Part shown: positions 39,483 to 50,430 of the stretch, in pieces
Numbering within the stretch: position 1 is the stretch's first letter
Layout: every line of letters begins with the position of its first letter
Source: Azolla caroliniana
Lineage: Eukaryota; Plantae; Polypodiophyta
NCBI GenBank assembly: GCA_043228905.1
Contig: JBHGNT010000010.1
Span: 16,182,001 to 16,246,000, forward strand
Reading direction: 5' to 3'
DNA length: 64,000 nucleotides
Translations under genes and position numbers: made by a program
The notes under the pieces: generated by a model
Databases searched by the model: none
The model's input: only the letters and a program-made list of their open reading frames with translations
Told to the model about the DNA's origin: nothing

Positions 39483-40151
39483 CATAGATTGACATATTCG
39501 CATTCGTCGAGTTTCCCATTCGATTGCAAACGAATACAAATACGAATGGGTGGTCAAGTATTCATTTAAACCAAAAAAAATAAAAACTCCCTATTTTTTA
39601 ATTTCCTAGGATAAAAAAAAAGGAACTTGACAATAAATAGGGATAATAAAAGAGGGACTTGGGGACTTGACGCTACTAAATCTTTATAATAAATGTATAA
39701 ATTATAAGTTATAAGTATTCGTTTTATTTTTAATAAATAAATAAAATAAAATAAAGGCTCATTAATTTCTCACTTTTTATTCCCTCAAAATTTATGGATA
39801 TTTTTACTTTGACATTAAAAATAGTACTTCAAACTAATCATATCTTCAAAGTTCGTACTAATCATATTTGTATAATAAATATAAAAATACTCGTTTTTTA
39901 AAAATTAATTAATTAATTGATTAATTGATTAATTAAAATAAGTTTCATAAACTCTCTTGACACTATAATCTATTAATGAATAATTGTTCTTTTTTTGGTG
40001 AAATAAATTTATTTAAATAAATAAATAAAATGTTTATATTATTTTGCAAAACGACTGGTTTTTAAATATTCATGGGCCATTTCGTATTCTCGAATATTGA
40101 GAATATTACGCATGGAGAATATCACGAATATCACGCATGTGTCAATCTATG
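39483..40151. mobile_element. hAT-type MITE
   Basis: TIR CATAGATTGACA/TGTCAATCTATG, perfect 8-bp TSD GTTGGAAT, AT-rich non-coding interior. Confidence 0.9.
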
Positions 40152-40296
40152 GTTGGAATAGAGTGAATCTGAAGAGAGAAATGTTTAGAGAGATTATGTA
40201 CAATGGAGAGATCAATTCTGGGACAGTCCCCCTCCAACACCTCTCAGCTCCAGAACAGTCCACCTACATTGAAATGAGTAGGGAACTAATCAATAT

Positions 40297-41040
40297 TATC
40301 CTGGGGTTGACTTCTAGCATTAGGAGTGATCGAGCTAAAGAAAGTTGTGATTGTTCTTTGTGGATGAGCTTGTGTGGCTGTATTCTTCAACAACTTTTCC
40401 CGATGTCTCTTGAGCTCGAGCAAGAAAAGTCCTAGGCATCTTTGGTCCTCATATTTGCCTAGGACTTTTCTTGCCGAGCTCAAGAGACATCGGGAAAAGT
40501 TGTTGAAGAATACAGCCACACAAGCTCATCCACAAAGAACAATCACAACTTTCTTTAGCTCGATCACTCCTAATGCTAGAAGTCAACCCCAGGATACAGA
40601 AATGGGATCCAGACCAGGATATAACAAAGGGGTTACGATTGATCGGGCAATGGCAATTTGCCGTGCACGTAGGCCCCGGCCCCATGGACCACGACCTCGA
40701 CACCCTTGTCATCGACAAATAAAAGCCATTATCTCCCGCCATCGTAGGTGCTTCCCTCGCTTCGGAGACATTTCTATTCTGGATCGACCTATGATAGAGA
40801 TCTTTCGGAGACAAAAGCTACAATATACTTAACTTAAGAATCTCGCATGTGCCAAAAACCAGATTCTCTCGTCTCTTTTCTTTTCATCTTATTTACTTTT
40901 ATATTTACTGTGTAATATTTACTTTAATTTGATTTGTTCTCAAAGACGAGAAAACATTTAAGATGTAATCTCTTATTCGGTCTTATAGGTCATTTTGGCC
41001 TCTTAAAAGACGTTAATATATCTTTCTTTCTTTCTTTCTC
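40297..41040 (+). mobile_element. LINE A 3' fragment with 5' fold-back inversion
   Basis: Arms 40297-40438 and 40456-40596 are near-perfect reverse complements; 3' UTR and (TTTC)n tail follow. Confidence 0.9.
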
Positions 41041-41109
41041 CATTTGTCTCTCACTCTCTCCCTCTTTGGTTGACCTATACCCTAATCCTCGTGCTGCCCT
41101 TCAATATGA

Positions 41110-43500
41110 GCTCTTGTGACTGGTATATATGAGGTGGTTGCATGTTGATAAAGACCAACATGAAAAGATGTGAATCACAAACAGTTTGTCATAGCCATCA
41201 TGGAAGTTGACATTTCAAGGTAGGTTTGTGAGATGAGGATTGAATAGGGGAATTTGAAACAGAGGATAAGCTTTCGATAGTGGAAATAGGATCGGAGGAC
41301 GTAGGTGGGTAAGTTGAAATAGGAGTAGCTGGATCCTCCACAATAAATTCTGGAATAGCTCTTGATTTCTTAGACTGTGACTATAAAAATTGACCATCTC
41401 TAAAAATGAGAAGGGCTTTAGTTTAAGGAGCCCATAGTTGATATGCTTAAAATAGTTGCTATACCCAAGGACTCAAACTTAGTCCGCTTAGTATCTGAAA
41501 TACGAAGGTGAGAAGTGGGAGCTTTGTGACCTGTAAATGCCTCTTCAGAGGTCATTTCAGCAGCCACTGTAGTAGGACAATGGTCGGTGATATAGATAGT
41601 TGTGTGGACAACTACACCCCAAAGTTGAGAACATGGTAAGATTGACACAACATAGATCAAGCCATTTCTTGTATTGTCTTTTCTTCCTGTCACCACTCCA
41701 TTTATTGTGGAGAATTGGGGACAGAAAACTGACAAACAATACCAGGTATTGAAGGTGCCTGAAATAAACTCACCGCCATTATCAGATCTGATTTTCCGAA
41801 CCTTCCTGGAGATATTGGTTTTCATTTAAAGACACCCAGTCTTGCAACATGGAGGATACTTCGGATTTGGTTGAAAGTAAGTAAACACAAACTTTGCATG
41901 AGAAATTCATCAATTACAAGCATGAAATATCATGCACCTCCGAGAGTCATGTGTCACATTGAACCAAATAAATCCAGATGCACTAACCCCAACATAGATG
42001 TGGCATGATGAGTAGCTTGAGAGGGAGAAGTTTGTGGTGGTGCTTTGCATGTATAGAAGCCAGTATTGGAGATATTGAAATGAGGAAGATCATGCACTAT
42101 TTGGGATGAAGAGAGCTCTTGAACAAAAAGCAAGCATGTCACAACTGAGGATTCTTGTTGAGCTACCAAGGCATAACTTGGATGAAGAAGTTGTAGTATA
42201 TGAGACTTGGAGAATGGTAATGGGATGTTGGAGCTGTTAAGCTGATGCATACCAGGTTCCTTTTTGCGGCAAGCAACAATTTGTAGGTTGTTGATGTCAA
42301 TAACCTCTATGTTAGAGTTATCAAAGTAGACACCATAACATTGTTCATTGATAGAAGAAACTGGGAGTAGGTCAGCTGAAAGGCGACATACATGTGATAC
42401 ACTTTGAATCATAGTTGGTTGTTGACTTGAAGAAGAATTAAAAATACATTACCATGCATTAAGCCTCAAGAATCAAGCCATCTCCAATAGAAATTTTTGA
42501 GTTGTTTTGCTATATATTGCACAAGATAGACTTTTCATGAGTTATATAACTTGTGCAACCACTATCCATAATCCAATCATCAAAAGAGAATGAGCTTCAG
42601 TTAGTCATAGGGGAAGAATTGGCGTTGGTTGTATGACTGGTGCTTGACCATTGTATGAGATTGGGGTTCGTTGAGGATGACATTTGAGGAAATATCCCTT
42701 TTCTCTTTCTTGCAATCAGGCTGGATGTGGCCTTTTTAGCCACAATAGTGATGAGTGAGCTCTTTGTAGGATGGATTGTGGCCTAGTTTTGAAGATGATT
42801 TACTATTGTTAAGAGAGTTGTTCCATTTTCCTTTGTGTTAACATGTAGAACTTGAAGTGCTAGTTCGCCTCCCAACCCTACCTTGAAGTGCTCTTTGAAC
42901 TTGCTGCTTTATGATATTTTAGTTGGATTATTATTGTTAGGAGAGTAGTTCCATTTGCCTTTGTGTTTAACATGCAGAACTTGAAGTGCTAGTTCGTCTC
43001 CCAACTCTATTTTGAAGTACTCTTTGAGCCTGTTGCCTTTACGATATTTTAGTTGGATTATTATTGTTAGGTGAGTCGTTCCATTTGCCTTTGTGTTTAA
43101 CATGTAGAACTTGAAGTGCTAGTTCACCTCCCAACTCTAACTTGAAGAGCTCTTTGAGCTTGTCGCCTCTATGATACTTTAAATGGATTGCATCCCACGA
43201 TTCTTTAGATGTCTCTTCATCTTTCCCAAGCAATTGACGAGGAACTTGAGACTTTATATTGAAGAGCATGAAAGCATGACCGTGACCATCTTTGTCCAGC
43301 CAAGAGTTAATTGCAACTTGTGTGGGTGTTGAAGATGAAATAGTAGAAGTTTCCTTACAATTGAGCTCGGTTCCTTTACCAATATTCCACAAAAGATAGT
43401 ATTGCAGTATGGTCATCGTCTACAATTTCCAATCTAGATAGTTGGTTCAGTCTAGAATAGACTCTTTGCGAAGTTGAGGAATGGTGGAAGATTAATAGGG
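41110..43500 (-). mobile_element. Highly decayed copia (gag to integrase)
   Basis: IRSDNGGEFIS, LVHLDLFGSM, gag-like ORF 43039-43416. Confidence 0.75.
42821..43175. repeat. ~129-bp tandem repeat (about 3 copies) in copia gag
   Basis: ttccatttgcctttgtgtttaacatg..gaagtgctagttc at ~42821, ~42949, ~43079. Confidence 0.85.
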
Positions 43501-43742
43501 GCATTGGAAGCCATGGATATAGGCAAATTGTTGTAACTAGATACACTAGGGCTGCCTACTCCTCCCTAAGCGATAATTTAAATGGAACTATATATAGCTG
43601 CTTAGAGCATTCTCCATAGGGTGGTAGGGACAGAAATGGAAAAAAAACAAATAGTTGGCTGCTCAAAGCAAACTAAGTTGTATTGGAGAAAAAATATGAG
43701 CATAGGTTATCAAGATCTCACAATCTTAATCCCGTTAGAAAA

Positions 43743-46135
43743 AGGTAATGGTATCTCCCTCTAATTTCATAAAAGACACTACAGTGACAAACATAGTGTT
43801 CTTCGGATTCCACTCTTTGATGACACAATTGGCAAATTAATTTCTTCTAGAGGTATTCGTGTATATCTGCCTACCTCAATCTGTTGCTGATGTGATGAAG
43901 TTCTTAGCTGACCTATCACACTGCACAGCTCATAGGATAGATGTATGTCCATATAAGGTGGCATGATGATAAATCCATCCTTCGATATGTGTAAGAAGTG
44001 TGTCTTATAGTGGGCCATCTTTGTACCAAATGATATTTTGGGGATAATCCATGTTATCTTGTTTTCCAAGTTAATAATATCAGTTCGGATCACTCTATTC
44101 TTTACCACTTTGGTCATATTTAGATGGGGACAATCCAAGCTATACTCATGCCATGTGACTCAAACCATTGCTGCATTTCAACATATCAACAATGAAGGTC
44201 TCCATTTTTAGCCAGTTGTCTTGTTGACATAAGTGCGAACCTTGGGTACCTTCGTTTAGGGAGCTCCCAAAGACATTGGATAAATGTCACTGATCGGAAC
44301 AATGCCTTAGTGATTATAGGTGTTGCTCCCATCTCTACCCGGATTATATTGTGGGGCACCGATGCTTTGCTCCTTATCACGCGGGCAATCATTGACACTA
44401 AAGGTTGTTGGAGGGTGGCAGCTCCAGCCCTGCACTCTCTTTCATCTTTATTATCTTTGTACTATATTCTCTCCCTTCTTAGATCCTTCCCTCTCTAGAA
44501 TCTGCAACTCCTTTAATGCCTTCTCTCTCTAGAATTTGTAATGCTTTAAATGCCTTTTTTTCTCTTCTACTTTTTCCAAGAAATTCCCTTTTATTCCTAG
44601 TTGTTTGTACCTGTTTGGTAGTACAAGAGCCACTTTACTACCAAACAACCATTTCACCCACTTTCCCCAATTTTGTATAAATAGGCTATACCAGCCTCTT
44701 TTGTAAAAGACTTTTTTACTTTGGTTGCTACTTAAAAACAAGCTCTATTATTTGGTTGTGTCTCTACTCTTTGCAACCATTTTTCTATTGTTGTCTAACA
44801 GCCTTCTCACAGCTTGGCTGTGTCTATTTTATTCTAACTCTTCCACTGCTGCTATTAACAACTTTTCTCACAAAGGTCTCTATAAATCTTTCCAATGATG
44901 TGCCTTGTTAAGACTCGGTCCCCATGTTTCTCCTCCATAGAGGGGAGTTGGTGTGACAAGTGTATCAAATAACCATAACTTAGTTCATGGCTCTTGGAAC
45001 TGCAAATGTGCACATTGTTTCTCGAGAGCACCAAGGGTTGCATATCCACGAGAAAGTCGGGCACAAGCAGCCTCCCGTAAGGAGAACCTAGGCTTTGTAA
45101 ATATTACTCCTAGGTATGTGTAGGAGCGTGTGTATTCCACCTTTTCCTCTCCCAAGAAGAATTCCGGTTCTGATCTTGTTACCATGCTTGAGTGGTGTTA
45201 AACACCATCACGTTAGTTTTATCCATGTTGATTGACAAACCTTTGTCCGTACAAAATAGTTTTTAGGCATTTAGATGTCTTTGTAGTTCCTCCAGAGAGT
45301 AAAAAATCAGCACAATATCATCAGCATAGAGTAATATTTGTATAGCTATACCTGCTAGGCGTGCTCCTGAACCCCCGAATCTGTCTATGTAATGTGATAC
45401 CTCATCTATATTGAGACCGAAGAGAGTGGGTGATAGTGGGCATCCTTGCTTCACTCCGATTGTGCTAGCCACCGCCTCTAACAAACCCTTGGAAAACCGC
45501 AGTTTTCCTGACACTGATTCATAGAGTGCATATTCCCCATAGCATATCTATAGGAACACCAAGGGCTTCTAGCCGCTACATAAGTCCAGCACGTGGCAGA
45601 GTGTCAAAGGCTTTTCAGAAATCCACAAAGTATCAATAAATCCTCTTATTATTGGCTCTGCCCACCTCAATAAGGGCCCAAAGGGTCAATATGTGATCCA
45701 AAGTTGTGAACCCCTTCCGAAAGCCTGCCTGTCCAACTGAACAACAGCCATTCCGCTCTGCCCATATACTCAATTCTGATTCTAGAATCGACCCATATAG
45801 TTTAGCCAAGTAACGGCCAATCATGATTGTCCATAGTTTCTTGGCATCATGGGGTCTCCAGTCTTGAGGATTGGCACAATGGTATGTTAAGTCCATCTAG
45901 TAGGGAAACCTTCACACATGGCTCTATTAAAGATGTGTGCTAGCAATGGGAGCAAGGTGTCACAGGCATATATAAAGTGCTCACCCACCAATCCATCACG
46001 ATCTTGGGCCGTCCCAATTGTAGTCGATCAATGGCATTTCTTACATTTTGTGAATTAAAAAAGATTGATTCATGTGGGCGTGAGCCATGTGGGTGGGGAA
46101 GAGGAGGTTGCCCCAAGATATCATATAGGACCTTT
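43743..46135 (-). mobile_element. LINE A ORF2 fragment
   Basis: QAGFRKG, GVKQGCPLSP, LLYADD; split by a solo LTR. Confidence 0.87.
44406..44872. mobile_element. Solo LTR (467 bp)
   Basis: TG...CA termini, perfect TSD AAGGT, LINE contiguous across it. Confidence 0.87.
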
Positions 46136-47340
46136 TAACAGGCCAAAATGGCCTATGAGACCAAACAAGAAATTACATCATAAAATGTTGTTTCGTCTTT
46201 GAGAATAGCAAACCAAAATAAATGTAAATAAGTAAATAGAAATAGAATAAGATATGACTAAAGAATCTCGTCATCTATACATGTAAGATTCTCAAGTCAA
46301 ATACATTCTAATGTTTGTCTTCAAAAGATCTCTAGCATAGGTCAATCCAAAATGGAGAGGTCTCCAAAGAGAGGGAAGAACTTGCAATGATGGGAATTTG
46401 TCAATGACAAGGGTCGTGAGATTGTGGTCCAAGAGGCCAAGGCCTACGTGCATGACAAAATGCTATTGCCTGGTGTATTGTAACCTCGTCGCATGCGATG
46501 TCCTAGTTCAAAAAGTCAAATGAAATAACTATTGGAATAAAGTGAATCTAGAGAGAGAGAAATGTTTAGAGAGTGTAAAATGGAGAGATTAGTTTCTAGG
46601 GTTGTCCCCTCCAACAAATAACATAGTAAAAACATTTGGTGGGAAGATTTATGGAAATGCTTGATGTCATCCAAGGCTGCAACGGAAGCATCATCAGCTA
46701 CGTTCCATTCCCCAAGCAACTTTTGTAGAGGCTTCCATGGTTACTTCTCACCCACTACATCATCTTCAAATGTAGTCTAATCATGAAGGGATGTAAAATA
46801 CTAGATTTGATGAAAGAAAGAAAGATATGGTAATACCTTTTAAGAGGCCAAAACGGCTTGTAAGACCAAACAAGTGATTACATTGTAAAATGTTCTCTCA
46901 TCTTTGGGATAACCAACCAAAATAAATAAAACTAAATATAGGATACTAAAGAGTCTAGTTGTCTAAGCATTTAAGATTCTGAACTTAGATAGACTGAAAC
47001 TTCTATCTTCAAAATCACCAACATGGGCCACCCCAAGATGGAGAGATCTCAGAAGTGACAGAAGTACCCTTATTTGTTGATAAGGGTGGTGTGGCCATGG
47101 TCCAGATGGTTGTGGCCTATATGTGCCCAATCTATTGTAACCCTTCTCCTGGTTGAGACCCCACTTGTGTAGCAGAAGTCCTGGGCAGAGAGGATATGCC
47201 CAAGAAAACAAAGAGATCTCCTCATCACACGCCCTCTTTTAAGCAAGTGTTCCAAATGGGCCCAGTACACAACTGTCCTATGAAAATATATGATGGCAAC
47301 AGGCCAAGAGTCTCATTCATGATACTACTAAGAGGGGACA
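46135..47340 (-). mobile_element. Two older LINE A-related 3' fragments
   Basis: 3' UTR motif at ~46135 and ~46812. Confidence 0.7.
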
Positions 47341-47979
47341 TTATCCACCTGCAATTTCACTATGAGCAACAACTAAGCAGAGGTGAGAAAAGCTTGGTTT
47401 TTTTAGTTTCATGCCCCTGAAAGTGCCAATACATACATACACCTATTCTGTGATGGTTCTTTGAATCATCAGGGGGTAGCATGTGACATGCTCAGAGTTC
47501 CTCACAACATTCTGACTATGTGAGCATAGAGACAAGATCCTATAAATGCCCTTTGTAAGATAAGTACATACCAAACTATGTTGTGCCCACAGTACAACTC
47601 TTAAAAAGAATAATCATGTCATATTCATGGTTTTCAATGAAAAATATAACTCTGGCTGATATCTAAAGACCAAATGCATGCCCATAATTGGCTTTCGAAT
47701 GTATGCAAGCCCAACACGAACCCAATGTCATCTTTCTATCCATCCAACATGATCTTCTAATTGGCGAAGATTACGCAAAGAAGGGACCATGGCCCTTGTC
47801 AGACCGTGCATCTACATCTCAAACTAACCAACATGATTAGGCCTGACATACAAACAAATTCAATGTCATATCTGGAATGTATGATTGGGTCCAACATGAG
47901 CCAACATCATAATTGTATAAGAGCAGCATATTTCCGCCTAATCAACATGTTTCTCAAAATCACCAAAGAGTATGTGAAG

Positions 47980-50430
47980 AAAGAAAGAAAGATATATTAA
48001 CGTCTTTTATGGGGCCAAAATGGCCAATAAGAACAAACAAGAGATTACATCTTAAGTGTCGTCTTGTCTTTGAGAACAACAAATCAAAATAAAATAAATG
48101 TTATTAAGTATACATAAAAGTAAATAAGATAAAAAGAGACTAAAGAATCTTGTTATCTGCACATGTAAGATTCTCAAGCCAGATATATTGTAACTTCTGT
48201 CTTCGAAAGATCTCTAGCATAGGTTGATCAAGAATGGAGAAGTCTCTGAAGCGAGGGAAGCACCTGCAATGCCAGGAGATAATGGCCTTTATTTGGAGGT
48301 CGTAGTCCATGGGGCCGGACGCCTGCTCAATGCTGGAGGGTTAAGGGAGTTGGTGACCTAATGACAGGTGAGCTCGTGACCGAAGCCCCAGCGAATGGCA
48401 GCCATAACTATAATGATCCTAAGGTAGCAAAATTCCTTGTCGGCTAAGTTCCGACCCACATGAAAGGCGTAACGATCTGGGCACTGTATCGGAGAAAGAC
48501 TCAGTAAAATAGACATGTCTGTGAAGATGCGGACTACCCGCACTTGGACAGAAAGACGCTATGAAGCTTCATTGTTCCCTAGGATTGGCTTCGAGCCCTT
48601 CTTGCACAGCTTAGGTGGAAGGTGGAGAGGGGCCCCAAGAAGAATTCTAGTTTTGATAATGTTACCCATGCTTGAATAGTGTTAAACACCATCACTTTAG
48701 TTTTATCCATGTTTATTGACAAACCTTTGTCCATACAAAATACTTGGGCATTTAGATGTCTTTGTAGCCCCTCCAGAAAGTCAGAAATCAGCACAATATC
48801 TTCAGCGTACATTAATATTTCTATAGCTATACCCGCTAAGCATGCTCCTGAACCGCCGAATCTCTTTATGCGATGTGATACCTCATCTATATAGAGACCG
48901 AAGGTAGTGGGTGATAGTGGGCATCCTTGTTTCACTCTGATTGTGCTATTCAATCCCTCTGACAAACCCTTGGGAGACCGACCACACCATGGATTCATAC
49001 AGTGCATAGATTCCCCATTGCATATCTGTCGGGACACCAAGGGCTTCTAGCTGTTGCATAAGCCGAGCACACGGTACAGTGTCAAAGGCTTTTCAAAAAT
49101 CCACAAAGCAGTAATAAATCCTCTTATTATGGGCTCTTCCCTCCTCAATAAGGGCTTGGAGGGTCAATATGTGATCCAAAGTTGTGAACCCCTTCTGAAA
49201 GCCTGCTTGTCCACCTGAACGGCAGCAATTTTGCTCTGCCCATATACTCAATTCTGACTCTAGAATCAAGCCATATAGTTTAGCCAAGTAATAGCCATTT
49301 ATAATTGTTCTATAGTTGATTGGCATCATTGGATCTCCACTCTTGAGGATTGGCACAATGGTATGTTCTGTCATCTAATAGGGAAACCTTCTCACATAGC
49401 TCTATTAAATATGTGTGCTAGCAACAGGAGCAACAAGTCGTGGGCATAGATAAAGTGCTCACCAATATCATGATCCTGGGCATTACATTTCTTACATTTT
49501 GTAACCGATCAATGGCATTCCTTACATTTTGTGAAGTAGAAACAGTGGATTCATATGGGTGTGAGCCATGTGGGTGGGGAAGTGGAGGTTGCCCCAGGAT
49601 ATCATATAGGACCTTAGCATATCATGCCACACCTGACGTGAGGTCACTTGTGTGGTAGATTACCTCTCATTAAACATTTTCCACGCTCTTTTACTTTCTT
49701 GTCCTAGAAACAAGCGATACAAATGAAGTTCAAATTTAGCTAAATACAATCTCTTTTACTTCCTCACAAGGCATTGGAAGGTTGCGCTTGCTTGTTTGTG
49801 TGTATAAATACCCTAAGTTACTTCATGCTGCAAGCATCTCCTTGTATCACGACATTCCTCATCATACCAACTATTTTGTATGACTCTACTGAGTTTGGGG
49901 GCATTGGCCATTGTGTGAGGAAAGGCATTTGTGGCTGCTTTATGCAATGACTTTGACAATCCTTGTGCCAAAGGATCCAAATCTAGCATAACATTATATA
50001 CTCCACAACTTTACACATCAATTGTCTCTCGAGTAAATTTGTAGTTAGCCAGCCCACTCTCCTTGGCATATACATCCCTTGTGCACCCATCTTTCACCTC
50101 AAGGCATAGATATGCATGATCTGCTGCCAAGACAATAGGTCTACCAGGTATTGTGAACTGTCTTATTTCAGGTATAAGAGATGTAGATCAGATTAGGTAC
50201 TCGACTGTGTTTGCACCTTCTTTTGGGTTCCAAGAGTTCAAAGCATCTGATCCAGGCCATTGTGACAATCTATTATATACCACAAATCCATGTGCACTTA
50301 GCAAGCCGTGCATCTGAGGATCACATTCACTCACTTGCATCCTGAACTAACCAGCATAACAACTGTTCTGCCAGATCCAAAGGCAACAGTCATGAAGTAC
50401 CCAAGAGGCTGTTGGGATTAAAGGCCCTTT
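47980..50430 (-). mobile_element. LINE A copy interrupted by plastid rDNA, with decayed endonuclease-like region distally
   Basis: Tail at 47980, RT ORFs 48579-49374, GANTVEYL and ADHAYL motifs at ~50100-50220. Confidence 0.75.
48318..48634 (+). pseudogene. rrn23: Nuclear copy of plastid 23S rRNA fragment (NUPT)
   Basis: taactataatgatcctaaggtagcaaaattccttgtcgg; aaatagacatgtctgtgaagatgcggactacc; ggacagaaagac.ctatgaagctt match recalled chloroplast 23S; many C>T/G>A changes. Confidence 0.9.

Noticed and set aside
48318-48634. Functional rRNA gene or bacterial contamination
   Set aside because: Short, mutated, plastid-type and embedded in nuclear repeats
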